Of a DNA stretch of 64,000 bases, positions 1 to 10,998 are shown one piece after another. The stretch is from the IMG/VR virus record IMGVR_UViG_3300042453_004434, positions 32,001-96,000 of that record, one strand, 5' to 3'. Numbering within the stretch: the first letter of the stretch is position 1; every line of letters starts with the position of its first letter. Origin of the DNA: a virus. The notes below the pieces were generated by a model. That model saw only the letters and a list, made by a program, of their open reading frames with translations, was not told where the DNA came from and made no database searches. The position numbers were made by a program, and so were the translations under genes.

Positions 1-18
1 GAGATGCTCCTGGGAAAA

Positions 19-141
19 CCCAACGTAAGTCGTTGTCTTCCAACGAGTTACGTTGGGGCCCCTCCTTACGTAAGTCGTTGATATTCAAGGACTTACAAAA
101 GGTGGGGCCCCATCGTAAGTCCTTGATAATCAAGGGTTTAC
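19..141. repeat. three imperfect 27-bp palindromes (GTAAGTCGTTG-N5-CAASGRSTTAC-like) at 45-bp period
   Basis: GTAAGT starts at 25, 70, 115; each arm is followed after 5 bp by its near reverse complement; GGGGCCCC in both linkers. Confidence 0.85.
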
Positions 142-351
142 AAAAGCACTTTTTCAATTTTATCGATAAAGTGACATTATAAGTCAAACTACTTTTTAAT
201 ATATATATAGTTTATATTTATACTTATTTAATACTTATTTGTTTATTTATTACTAGCTTATATAGTTATATTTGTATATATGTTATTTGACTATGTATTA
301 TTTGCCTATATATAGATCAGTTATTTGGAAAAAAATCATTCAGCTATAAAA

Positions 352-385
352 GAAAAAACCTACCAGGTTTTACCCTGATAGGTTT
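352..385 (-). terminator. intrinsic terminator after 410..685 ORF
   Basis: AAACCTA(C/T)CAGG inverted repeat followed by U-tract on minus strand. Confidence 0.6.
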
Positions 386-409
386 CACACACGGTTTTTA
401 GTTGATTAT

Positions 410-685
410 TTATCGACGAGGCTTACGATATTCAATACGTCCAGAACGAGCGAATACAATATTATCTGTATTTACAGTTCTATTTGCCTCGGCATTAACA
501 TCATAAAAGCGAACACTCTTATTTGTTGCATTCATGATTCGCGCACAATATGTGCTATTTGTCTTGCCCTTGTTCACCACTAGCGTTGTAAAACGGCCAG
601 CTGTCCTATTTAGTGTTTCAGATAGTGTCATATTTGACGCGCTTACTATATAGGATATTTGACTATTTGTCAACATGTTTTTCAC
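410..685 (-). CDS. hypothetical phage protein
   Basis: 91-aa ORF followed by terminator. Confidence 0.65.
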   Translation of the reverse strand: MKNMLTNSQISYIVSASNMTLSETLNRTAGRFTTLVVNKGKTNSTYCARIMNATNKSVRFYDVNAEANRTVNTDNIVFARSGRIEYRKPRR

Positions 686-1102
686 ATATTATCAACAATA
701 GCGCAATAATCATTATCAATATTATATACATGTATTATATATAGTGTTTATTCTATTTATTCCGCATATGCTAACACCATTCAGCCATCATGTCAAGCGC
801 CCGACCTGGCGGCTGTATTATTTTCTATTCTGTTTTTATTTATATTAAATACAAAAAATACCAATATATATGTTTTATATTATATATATGGTATACTATA
901 TTCTAGCTATTATATATACTCTTATTTGTTATTTAATCGCTCACTATTTAGTATTTGTAGCAGTAAATAGATAATAAAAAGCATATCCAATAATAAATAA
1001 ACCAATTCCAACTGGCGCGAGCATTAAACCAATTAATAAAATAAAAGTAAAAATGCCCATATGATATATTGATTCCATATATATTTGTATATTTAAAAGT
1101 AG

Positions 1103-1426
1103 TTATTTAGCCTTTTTTCGTTCAGCTTTGTCTTTATTTGCGGCGGCCTCATTTATCATTCTATCTAATCTTTTATATGCATCTTGTTTAGTTAGACAAG
1201 TGTAACCGTGCAGCCCCCAACTATTATTAGATGGATAAAATTCACTCGGCGCTATTTTATTACCAGCTATTATTATTCCATTATGAGATTGTATTCTAAT
1301 AGCCTCATAATGTTTCTTATTTATATTATTACTATAACATCTTTCATATATAGCATACATATCTTCTCTATGTATTTGCTTATATTTGAACCCGGCGCTT
1401 TCAAATTCTTTATCTAGTTTTTTCAT
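1103..1426 (-). CDS. hypothetical phage protein
   Basis: 107-aa ORF, protein-like composition (EFYPS..WG..G). Confidence 0.7.
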   Translation of the reverse strand: MKKLDKEFESAGFKYKQIHREDMYAIYERCYSNNINKKHYEAIRIQSHNGIIIAGNKIAPSEFYPSNNSWGLHGYTCLTKQDAYKRLDRMINEAAANKDKAERKKAK

Positions 1427-1528
1427 ATATATATCTTATATATAGTATATATATACAATAATACAAAATACCCCTAATGTCAACAAAACAAACCAAAAAC
1501 AATTAAAACCAAACAAAAACAAACAAAA

Positions 1529-1798
1529 TCAATTGTTTCGATTTATATCATTCATATCTTCTTTTTCTAGCTGCATTTCGGCAGTAGCAAGCAAAGTTTG
1601 CTTGATACCAAGCGCCACACCATTCACATAATTAAAATAAGAAATCAATACCAAATTTATTAAAAAAGCCCAATAAATAAAGGTATTTGGATGTATATGA
1701 GCACTATACAATATATACAAACATACAAAGAAATGAAACAATACACCATATTTATGTATATAGTAATTAAAATTATTATTTAGTTTATTATTTAACAT
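1529..1798 (-). CDS. small membrane protein
   Basis: two hydrophobic segments. Confidence 0.5.
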   Translation of the reverse strand: MLNNKLNNNFNYYIHKYGVLFHFFVCLYILYSAHIHPNTFIYWAFLINLVLISYFNYVNGVALGIKQTLLATAEMQLEKEDMNDINRNN

Positions 1799-2101
1799 AT
1801 TATTTATAAAGCAGAAGCTCGCAGATACGTTTTTATCTGTATACCTATATTTCCTATCTTATTATCTATATATTCTATATTATTATACTATATATATTTA
1901 ACCTATAATAAGGAAGAATAAAGACATATTTGGAAAAATGTACAAAAACATACAAAAACAAGGGGTTTTTGATGTATTTGGGGGATTTTAGTTAGCTATT
2001 TTGGGGGTATAAATTAGCCTATAAATGCATCATCTTATTTGATACATATTTGGTACTATATTTATCATATATACATATATAATATCTATCATATAGCATA
2101 A

Positions 2102-2117
2102 TGTTCCACGTGGAACA
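2102..2117. promoter_or_regulatory. parS-type palindrome TGTTCCACGTGGAACA
   Basis: perfect 16-bp palindrome close to bacterial parS consensus TGTTNCACGTGAAACA, in an ORF-free AT-rich region. Confidence 0.75.
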
Positions 2118-2475
2118 AAATAGACATAATTTATCTTATTTGGTACAAGTTAGAACATAATTAGCACATAAAAGCTATACAAAATATGAATAACAAACAC
2201 TTTGCGCCCGACTTATTAACAATTTTACAAGTATTAATAAGGATATAACTCTATTTTATTACCAAGCATTTGTTCTAGTATAGAGAATATATCTGTATTA
2301 TATTTATGTAATATAATATCTAGCTTGGCATATAGGGTTTTGTTATAACAACCAATGCAATGCATTGCTGGGGTATTAATTAGATCTGAAATTTCTGGAC
2401 CAATGTGTACAAATTTATCTTTATTATCAAATATGATTTTGAGTATCTGCTTTTTAGCAAGTACTATGGGTTTAT

Positions 2476-2811
2476 TCATAGTTGCTTGTATAGCACATAA
2501 CCAGCAAATGCAAGTAGGAAAACGCTATAACCGCCAATCAAACCAGTCAATAAAGAAACCCAGAATATAAAACAGAATGGGCAGCTAAGTAGTTTGGCGA
2601 CAAAATTATTGTTTGTTTTAAGCCATACATTGAAATCTATATTTACTGTTTCAGTATATTGTTTATATGCTTTAATAAATGGAAGATAGGTAAAAGGCTT
2701 CCACTTTAGTAGGTATTCATAAACAGCATTAGTTTGTATCCAAACATAAGCTATGTATGCGATTGTAACGGCTGGAACTACATGATTAATAAGATAAAAT
2801 AAGTCGTACAT
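2476..2811 (-). CDS. membrane protein with CPFC motif
   Basis: TM segments, LLSCPFCFIFW. Confidence 0.6.
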   Translation of the reverse strand: MYDLFYLINHVVPAVTIAYIAYVWIQTNAVYEYLLKWKPFTYLPFIKAYKQYTETVNIDFNVWLKTNNNFVAKLLSCPFCFIFWVSLLTGLIGGYSVFLLAFAGYVLYKQL

Positions 2812-3102
2812 GTATATATATTATATGTACAACTTAAATATTATCCATCTCTTCTATTAAATCTTTAAAATAGTAAAATATATTATTCTGAAGTGTTTTA
2901 GGCTTATTAGATATTAATGTATATACGTTTCTAGAAATTATAGGATTATAACTTATACGAATCATCTTTGCATTACGCAAATACGGTTGAACTGGAATAG
3001 GCTCTAATTTAAACAAATCATCTGATATCTTCTCATATCCTTTTTTAAGAAGGATTTTAGTTTGATTATTACTAAAAACAGGCTTATCAGTATTCATATA
3101 AT

Positions 3103-3651
3103 TTAATTTTCTTGATCTTCTAGTTGTTCGTCATCGTAAATACCATAATCTTTACGCATATTAATACCTTCTTCGCTATCCCAAACTGGTTCATTCTTAA
3201 CCAAGAATTGACCATTTATGATCTTATAATACCCAATAAAGCAATTACCCTCTTCATAAAACTCCAAACCAAACTCAATATTTGGATATTTCTTGCTAGC
3301 TGCAATCAACCATTCAGTTGGTTGGCCCCATGCAGTATCAAAATTGATTTGTGCAGTTATTCCATCTTCAGCGATATACCAATCCTCAATACAAGTAGCG
3401 TTCCATTTAGTACCCCAATTTAAAATAGACCAATCATACCAATCACAAGCACCATATTTAGCAATCAGTTCTTTGCTTTTTTCAGACTCAATATTAAGAT
3501 TTGGCGCTCTTGTTCCAACTAACTCTTCAGGCATTGGAACCGAACCATTAAAATCTAGATATTGTTCATCTTTCTTATTCTGTTCTATAAAAGAAAGAAT
3601 ATCAGACTTAGTTCCAGATATATCTAAGCTATTAAAACAATAATTAGGCAT
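3103..3651 (-). CDS. DUF1281/YubB-like ferredoxin-fold phage protein
   Basis: MPNYC start, WYDW...NWGTKW, FDTAW.P motifs. Confidence 0.75.
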   Translation of the reverse strand: MPNYCFNSLDISGTKSDILSFIEQNKKDEQYLDFNGSVPMPEELVGTRAPNLNIESEKSKELIAKYGACDWYDWSILNWGTKWNATCIEDWYIAEDGITAQINFDTAWGQPTEWLIAASKKYPNIEFGLEFYEEGNCFIGYYKIINGQFLVKNEPVWDSEEGINMRKDYGIYDDEQLEDQEN

Positions 3652-3828
3652 ATATTTTATATCAATTATTTTTTCTTCAACAACTTATTAACAATTTTAC
3701 TTCGCTCTTCAAAAGAAAAAGAAGCTAGATTTTGTGGCGGAATCTGGTCCATCTTCATTCTTTTCCAGATTTGATTATAAACACACCAAAAACTAACAGT
3801 TCCATCCTTGTGGAACGTTAGCTCTTGA

Positions 3829-4443
3829 TCAGACTTGATCAGCGGTTGCATGGTTGACATCATTGCATGGTAGCTTGAACCTGTCAAGAGGTTTATCAAC
3901 AACGTTGTAATAATCTTTATAAGGACTATTTTTGATCAGATTATTTCTAAATTCAAGCACTTCTTTTAAATCTTTTGATGTAAAACGAGATTTTTCGTAT
4001 TTTAATTGTATTGTGCAATCAAAAAAACCTCCTTTTTCATTATAAAAGATATATTTATATCCAGTATTTGATTTATTTATCTTAGAGTTGATATTATTAA
4101 TAGTTCTATCAACAAGCCGCAAATTGTTTGGATTATTATTATTTCTATTACAATCAATGTGATCTATCAATTCATTACCAAAATCAGTAGTTTTATGATA
4201 TAAAGCATAAACGATGCGATGACACCGATATGTTTTATAATTTATCATCACACAATAATAATCACTGCTATTTTTTGTTTTGATTTGTTTATCTCTTGTT
4301 CTAGAGTTAGACATCATCATATCTAGATCAGATTTAAAATGATCTCGCGGTCTTGGTTTCCATCTTAAATAAGATGGCGATGTCGCATCTAATTCAAAAC
4401 ATTCTTCTAAATACTTTAATGATGGTAATTGTGATATTTGCAT
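3829..4443 (-). CDS. HNH homing endonuclease (HNH_3 type)
   Basis: HRIVY...IDHIDCNRNNNNPNNLR...N..N. Confidence 0.85.
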   Translation of the reverse strand: MQISQLPSLKYLEECFELDATSPSYLRWKPRPRDHFKSDLDMMMSNSRTRDKQIKTKNSSDYYCVMINYKTYRCHRIVYALYHKTTDFGNELIDHIDCNRNNNNPNNLRLVDRTINNINSKINKSNTGYKYIFYNEKGGFFDCTIQLKYEKSRFTSKDLKEVLEFRNNLIKNSPYKDYYNVVDKPLDRFKLPCNDVNHATADQV

Positions 4444-4496
4444 AAAATTAATAAATCATAAAATCTAAATATGATAGCTAAGTGTAATTACTGTTA

Positions 4497-4544
4497 ATGA
4501 AAGTTCGCGCACTTTTTATTAGTGATTGTCATCTTCTCATGTGA
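4497..4544 (+). pseudogene. 15-codon remnant of a metallophosphoesterase N-terminus (MKVRALFISDCHLLM*)
   Basis: FISDxHL resembles the IVSDLHL motif of the downstream gene; preceded by GTGTAA. Confidence 0.5.
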
Positions 4545-4682
4545 AGAAAATTCACGGATATTCTGTTTTTGAATTCACGAATATCGAAAATAGATTAAAA
4601 TTTTGTCAATCTTTAGAAAAAACTTTTAACATTGGTTTAGCAAGAAAATCAGATGTCTATCAAAAATATAAAATCTCAAGAA

Positions 4683-5417
4683 ATGAAAAACAAATACAAA
4701 AGATTAATCGTAAGCGATTTACATCTAGGATCACAACATAGTAGAAGCGATCTATTTTTGCAATTGTTAAAAAATATTGAGGTCGATGAAATAATTCTTA
4801 ATGGAGATATTATTGATGTTGTAGCTTTAAATAATAAAAAATTTAAAAATTGGCCGAAAGAACATTCTGTAGTTATTCAAAAACTATTGAGATTTATTCG
4901 TCATGGCGGAAAAATTATTTGGATCAGAGGTAATCACGAACTTAATTTAATTGATAGTTTTTTAAATGAAGAAATATCGGGTATTTATTTTTGCGAAGAA
5001 TATGTAATCGATAATTCTATTCTCATTCATCATGGAGATAAATTAGACTTTTTAGTTAAAGGAAAGTTTCAAAAATTATCTGAAATAGGAGCAATAGGAT
5101 ATGAAACGTTATTGAATTTTAATTATTATTTTCGCAAAATATTTTTTAAATTAAATCCTACTTTTTCATTAAGCTCATTTGTTAAATCTAATTTAAAAAA
5201 AGTAATGCAGTACATTACTTCTTTTGAAACATTAGCTGCCGAAGATGCTAAGTTAAAAGGATTTCAAACTGTTATTTTAGGACATATTCATCAACATTGC
5301 GATAAAACAATAAATGAAATTAGATATTTAAATTCAGGATGCTGGATGGATGATTCTGATCCTCATTATATAGTTCAGCATTTAAATGATCAATTAGAAT
5401 TAAAAAAATATAACTAA
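4683..5417 (+). CDS. calcineurin-like metallophosphoesterase, LpxH/PlcP (phospholipase C) subfamily
   Basis: SDLHLG, GDIID, GNHE, HGD, GHIH, YLNSGCW; cap region G..GYE.LL..N...R.....FSLS..VK...K.....I..FE. Start could be 4653. Confidence 0.85.
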   Translation: MKNKYKRLIVSDLHLGSQHSRSDLFLQLLKNIEVDEIILNGDIIDVVALNNKKFKNWPKEHSVVIQKLLRFIRHGGKIIWIRGNHELNLIDSFLNEEISGIYFCEEYVIDNSILIHHGDKLDFLVKGKFQKLSEIGAIGYETLLNFNYYFRKIFFKLNPTFSLSSFVKSNLKKVMQYITSFETLAAEDAKLKGFQTVILGHIHQHCDKTINEIRYLNSGCWMDDSDPHYIVQHLNDQLELKKYN

Positions 5418-5424
5418 TCAAACT

Positions 5425-6438
5425 ATGAAAGTATTATTCGGCGTTCAAAGTGAAGGAAATGGACATATGGTCCAAGCATTATCCATTAAAGACTATTTAA
5501 AAACAAGGAACTATGAAATTGGCCCCGCATTTGTCGCTAAAAAGAAAAAAGGTTTAGCATCATTTTTCACTGATGAATTTGAAACAGTAGAATATGAAGG
5601 TTTTGATTTTGTATTTGGCGATAATGGCAAAGTAGTTATATGGAAAACAATATTAAAAAATATATATGAACTTCCTAAGTTTGTTTATTCCTTTTATAAA
5701 ATATATAAAACAATTAAACAACAAAAGCCAGATATCATTGTTAATTTTTATGAGCCACTCGTTGGTTTATCTGCTTTATTGTTTCCTGAGATCAAATATA
5801 TAAGTTTTGGACATCAATATGCAATGACATTAGATATGTATCCTAAAATCGAAGGATTTTATATACAAAAAATGTTCTTGACATTGATTAATTATATAAC
5901 TAGTATTCGCGCCCAAAAAGTTGCTTTAAGCTATTATGAATTTAATGATGATAAAGTAATTGCTTGTCCACCAATTCTAAGAAAAGAAACTTATATCAAA
6001 TCAGAAGACAAACAAGATTTTGTTCTTGTTTATTTAATGAATGAAGATATGTTGCCTGATTTGATTGATGAAGCAATTAGAAATCCAGATATTAAATTAG
6101 AATGCTTTACTAAATTAACTAAAGAATTTATTTGTCCCAGAAATTTAAAAGTTTATAATTTAAATGGTAAATTATTTCAAGAAAAGATGAAAGTATGTAA
6201 AGCGGTTATTTGTAGCGGCGGTTTTGAAACAAGTTCAGAAGCTATATTGCATAACAAACCATTATTAATGATTCCTTTACCAAATCATTTCGAGCAATAC
6301 GCAAATTGTAATGACGCTGAAACTCACGGATTCGGCGCTTTCAGTAAAAAATTATATTTATCTTTAATACCAAAAAACCAAGTAAACAATGATACTTGGT
6401 TTAATAAATATAAAGATGTATTAGATAATTTATTCTAA
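5425..6438 (+). CDS. GT-B glycosyltransferase, MJ1255/VC2487 (GT28-like) family
   Basis: GVQSEGNGH, NFYEP, GHQY, GGFETSSEA..KP...P..HFEQ..N. Confidence 0.85.
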   Translation: MKVLFGVQSEGNGHMVQALSIKDYLKTRNYEIGPAFVAKKKKGLASFFTDEFETVEYEGFDFVFGDNGKVVIWKTILKNIYELPKFVYSFYKIYKTIKQQKPDIIVNFYEPLVGLSALLFPEIKYISFGHQYAMTLDMYPKIEGFYIQKMFLTLINYITSIRAQKVALSYYEFNDDKVIACPPILRKETYIKSEDKQDFVLVYLMNEDMLPDLIDEAIRNPDIKLECFTKLTKEFICPRNLKVYNLNGKLFQEKMKVCKAVICSGGFETSSEAILHNKPLLMIPLPNHFEQYANCNDAETHGFGAFSKKLYLSLIPKNQVNNDTWFNKYKDVLDNLF

Positions 6439-6914
6439 TCCCAGAAAGTCTCAAAGTTTTCAGCAAACCAGACAAGAGCTTTCTTTTTTCTAATCTCTAA
6501 TTCTTGTGCTTTTTTATTATATTCATCCCACTTTTTCTTACAACTAGGCTCTGTAATAAACTCTATTTGAGAAACATCTTCTTCTTTTTTAATTAGTTTT
6601 AATTCGCCGCAATCAGGAATAGGATTATATTTCTCGTCATCTAGTATATAATCATACGCCCAAATGATTTCATCAATCTGATTTAGCCAATCATTTTCGG
6701 TCATTTCTGCTGGATGACCCATGCGTTGCATGTTTCTGAAATAACGTAGCTTTTTTAAATTATGTCTAGCAATTACTCGAAAAACATTCCAACATTCTTC
6801 ATCACTAGAACCATATCTTAGTTTTTGATATGTGCTAATAATTTTTCTGCGAATATGATAATATTGATCTTCAATTATTTCTGCTATATATCCGTAAATG
6901 TATTTAATATCCAT
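6435..6914 (-). CDS. hypothetical phage protein
   Basis: GHP...W...IDEIIWA...F..FWD pattern; likely start MDIKY. Confidence 0.65.
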   Translation of the reverse strand: MDIKYIYGYIAEIIEDQYYHIRRKIISTYQKLRYGSSDEECWNVFRVIARHNLKKLRYFRNMQRMGHPAEMTENDWLNQIDEIIWAYDYILDDEKYNPIPDCGELKLIKKEEDVSQIEFITEPSCKKKWDEYNKKAQELEIRKKKALVWFAENFETFWD

Positions 6915-7746
6915 ATTAATAATCTGTTTGACGTGAAGCTGAGATGCCGAAGCCAAGAATGGCGAACATGAACATCCAATGATCGTGAGTATAGCGAAAA
7001 TCAAATGTCGTGTCAAACGAAATATTTACTCCCTTATAATAAGATTGCGAAAAGTCATCAAAGAAATAAACTCTTTTAATGACCGGCAACATTAAAGATA
7101 TTTGAAAACAATTATAAGGATTGTCTTTTTCTTGCCATCTGTATAGTTGCATAATCTAGAAGAAATTAATCAAGCATGGCTTGAACTATTTTGTTTTTCT
7201 AATGCGGCGAGTTTAAGTTTGAGTTCTTGATTTTCGAGCAGTAATTGTTCATACTTTACTCGAATTAATCTTACAAGCTCTATTATGTCTATTTCATTCA
7301 TGTATATAATTGGCTATTATTTCACCAAATACTTTTTTAATTTGTTTCTTCGCGCCTTTTAATGAAGAGTCAGTGATTGTAATATATATTTTTTTATTAC
7401 GCCCACGTTCAATATTATCAATGCTGAAATAGTATCTTTTCACAGAGATATCTTATTGAACTGCTTTTTTTACTCATATTTGTTGTCTGCGAGCATTCAT
7501 CTCAAGCAGTCTTTGATATTGATATTCAATCAGCTCGGCAGGAGTAAGAATATCGCCTCCAATGCTGAACCGTGAATAATCACTGCTGCTTTGAATCAAC
7601 ACAGCTTCTTCAAGAGTCAATTTACGATTTTCTTCTTCAGCAGACATTAAAGCCTTGAATGCTAGCTTGTTCTTGGATGGTTGTCGTTTCATTGGCGCAA
7701 TATTTTAGTGTTATAGAGAAGTGAATTTTTTAACTGTCTGCCTGAG

Positions 7747-7774
7747 ATCTTAGAGGATTTCCGAGGGGAGTCAA
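7747..7774 (-). promoter_or_regulatory. sigma70-like promoter
   Basis: TTGACT-16-TAAGAT upstream of 7474..7692. Confidence 0.6.
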
Positions 7775-8000
7775 GCAAAATGTTGTAAGTCAATATAATT
7801 TATATAAGATTTTGCCACACTTTTTGCAGCTCCAAGCCTTATTTCTGCCTGCATCGTATAGAAATGAATCACAATCGTCAAGCGAAGAATGCTGACACCT
7901 GCGAGTTTCCCAAAACCACCACTTAAGCCATTTAAAAAAAGACATTTTGTTTTTTAATTTCAGTAAATGCACCTACTTCACCGCGCACTAAAAACAGTCT

Positions 8001-8591
8001 TTAACTATTTTGCTCAATTTCCTTCTCGGGTTTTCTAGGTTTTGTTACTCTGATAGTTACGCATTCAAACGAAGGAATAACTTCAGTTCTTTCTCCAGAA
8101 GGAAGATTAAGTTTTAAAAAATCAATGTAATTCCACATACCATCAAAGTCCTTTGTAGCAAAAAATTTATTTACTTTCTTTGATTGCTTTTTATCAAGAT
8201 GATAGTCTATATAGTTTTTAAACCCTACAACTTCAGGTAAAGGCTCATCACTTGCTTTTAATGGACCATGAAAATCAACTGTATAACCATAATAACCATC
8301 ATTATTTTTAACAGCTAATACTTCTTCAAAAGTTTTTTTAATCTCATATGCTATGCGGCCATCACCAATTTGTGGTGCGTTAAAACCATAACTTGAACCG
8401 CGACTTGCAATTTCAGGCATTACAATAGATTTAATAAGTGCGCCAATAGCATCAACTTGTTGGCGATCTATTTTAAAATCATACGCATAATCTAATGCAA
8501 TATCAACCTGTCCAGTCTTTAAACGAAAATAAGTTTCAAGTGCGGCATTAATTACTCGCAAATGATTGTCAGTTAATTTGACTGTATTCAT
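8001..8591 (-). CDS. hypothetical phage protein
   Basis: 196-aa ORF in tightly packed operon. Confidence 0.7.
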   Translation of the reverse strand: MNTVKLTDNHLRVINAALETYFRLKTGQVDIALDYAYDFKIDRQQVDAIGALIKSIVMPEIASRGSSYGFNAPQIGDGRIAYEIKKTFEEVLAVKNNDGYYGYTVDFHGPLKASDEPLPEVVGFKNYIDYHLDKKQSKKVNKFFATKDFDGMWNYIDFLKLNLPSGERTEVIPSFECVTIRVTKPRKPEKEIEQNS

Positions 8592-8594
8592 TAT

Positions 8595-8903
8595 TTACTT
8601 ATCCTCCTTAATTTTGTCCCACTGTTCGCACGATCTTTTGTCATTACACCAAACTCTCATCTCATCTCCAACCTCTTCCAGCCGCTTGATGCGTTGCCTC
8701 AGTCTGAGGTTTTCCTCGTCAAGTAGTTGTTGTTGTCGAATGATGGAATTTGTTTCGTTAAGTTCTATTTCTAATTGTTTAGCAAATTTAGCATCAACAA
8801 CGCATTTATCTTCATCTACTTTTACAATTGGACGACAAACCCAATGATGATAAACATTTTGTATGTGATCCAATTCTTCATCTGTTCTTGGCGTTTCACT
8901 CAT
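8595..8903 (-). CDS. phage coiled-coil protein (MSETPRTD type)
   Basis: TPRTD...FAKQLE.EL. Confidence 0.7.
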   Translation of the reverse strand: MSETPRTDEELDHIQNVYHHWVCRPIVKVDEDKCVVDAKFAKQLEIELNETNSIIRQQQLLDEENLRLRQRIKRLEEVGDEMRVWCNDKRSCEQWDKIKEDK

Positions 8904-9205
8904 ACTTATAAAGTATTCTAGCGTTAGTAAAATCTGATTTTTTAATCAAAATATTATCATTTATATTGATAAATTCGCTATCTTTATTATTTAAATTAAT
9001 ATGTATAGCTTTAATTGCGTCAGTATATTCTTTAGTTTTTTCTTCTCTTAGTTTAATAAATACTGAATGATTATCATGTGTTATTTCATAACTGTTTGAA
9101 TATATCATGACTGATTTACGAGTTATATATTCTACTTCTAATATGATTTTTACATAATGCGTTTTTGGAGTAGATAATTGCTTCTGTTCTTTTTTAAGAA
9201 TTTTA

Positions 9206-9538
9206 TTAAGAATTAGATTTATCATATTGAACATCTAACGGATAAGAAGAATTACCATTTAAACCAAGAAAGCCATCAGTTTTTATATTCAAAGGTTGAT
9301 TAAATTTTATCTCATTCTTTGAATGCATAATTGTCATGCGATCAATCTTGTTATTTGTTTCGCCGATTGTTAAATTACCAGCTTCATTAACAGTTAAAGT
9401 AAAAGATTCGCCTGTACTGTTTGTTAATACAAGTGAATTGGCGGTTATTTGTTTTGGTTTTGGCGGTTCAGTATTTGCTAATATTTTGCCGCCAAATATA
9501 CTACCAACTAGAGTTGCTAAAAAAGATTTTCTATTCAT
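9206..9538 (-). CDS. exported protein with Tat-like signal
   Basis: MNRKSFL + hydrophobic stretch. Confidence 0.55.
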   Translation of the reverse strand: MNRKSFLATLVGSIFGGKILANTEPPKPKQITANSLVLTNSTGESFTLTVNEAGNLTIGETNNKIDRMTIMHSKNEIKFNQPLNIKTDGFLGLNGNSSYPLDVQYDKSNS

Positions 9539-10462
9539 ATTATTCTTCGATTACTTCTGCATCAAGTAAATCTTTTTGTATAATATAAGGTAATGAAATG
9601 TATTGAGTGCAACCTTTATAAGAGTTGTTAGCTTCTTTAACCCATTCATCACATTCTTTTTTAGAATCAAAACAAATGGTCATCATTTTTCCAGAAGCAT
9701 ATCCATATTGACTATGCGGAGACCAACGAAGTTTTTTGAATTTAATAGTAGTCATATTGGTTTGTTATTTTGTATAATGTATTCTATTTGTACAATTACC
9801 TTTATGAGTTAATGAGAAACCTCTTCCACCAAAGGTTTTGATATATTGGCAATTATCTATTGTAACTACTTTTCCATCATTTGTAATAATGTAAGTAGTT
9901 AGAAATCCAATTATAAATGTTAAAATTAAATAAAATATAGCGTTTGATTGTTTATTCATATTATCCTCTATTTATTAAACCTGCTACTTCCAAATACCGA
10001 TAAGCGTATGTGCTATTTTTATCATTTTCTTCTTTTAGTTTAAGAAATCGCTTACGAAGATTGTAGTATTTCAGCGGGAAAGTCAATATTTTCTTTACAT
10101 TTTTTACAGACCACACGATTATCAAATGTCAAGAAACTATTTGTTAGAGTTTCCCAATTCATAATTAACGAATTACATTCATCACAACTCTCCAAAAGAG
10201 GCTCACCCTCAATCTGTTGTTGATTCCAAACATTCATCGTGGATATATATTATTATCGTTTAGTTCCGTTTATATTAATCCTAATAATCTTATTATTCCG
10301 AGCAACAAACAAAGCATTCGTACCATGATTTATCTCATCCTTCTCCCAAGCCTTGAGTTTGAGTCCCTTGAGAGTATCAGCATAACGGATGTCAGGACCA
10401 AATAATGATTTTGGGTTGCCTAGGAGCATATACTTTCCGCTATCAATTTTCATCGTAAAAAC

Positions 10463-10490
10463 ATTCTACAGGTTTTTGGTGGGAAGTCAA
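10463..10490 (-). promoter_or_regulatory. sigma70-like promoter, near-leaderless
   Basis: TTGACT-16-TAGAAT, ATG 9 nt downstream. Confidence 0.65.
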
Positions 10491-10998
10491 AATCTTTTTT
10501 AATCTTTTCCCAAAATGCGAAACTCATAACCTTCAGTACCAAAAATATCGCTAAATTCCATCTGAGTTTCATCTAACAATCTTTCAAATTTATCCCAAGT
10601 AAGGTCGATAACTTCTTTATTTTGTTTATCACTAAGATTATTAACCCATTCAGTAAAATTATTTAAAGCATCAACAAGGTTTTCTTTGTTGTATTTATAT
10701 TTCATTTACTCTTACAGTTTAACTGCTTTTTTGGGATTTGAAAAAATCATGACTGTAGCCTATCTTTATTAGCTCTTTACCCATTTCCTGTTCACTCATC
10801 TGTAGACGTGAACGTTTTAGATTACTCATAGGATAACCGATAGTTGAAATTGCTTCTAAACTCATTCCATTAGGTATAGGCTCTAAACTAAGCACATCAA
10901 AGGTAATAGTAGTTTTGTAAAATCCACGGGTGTTCATAATTATTTATTTAATTTACTCTTTCAGTTTACTAGCTTTTTTGGGGAAGCCAAGCAGTCTT

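Noticed and set aside
19-141. CRISPR array
   Set aside because: Repeats degenerate, linkers only 18 bp and similar to each other, no cas operon in window
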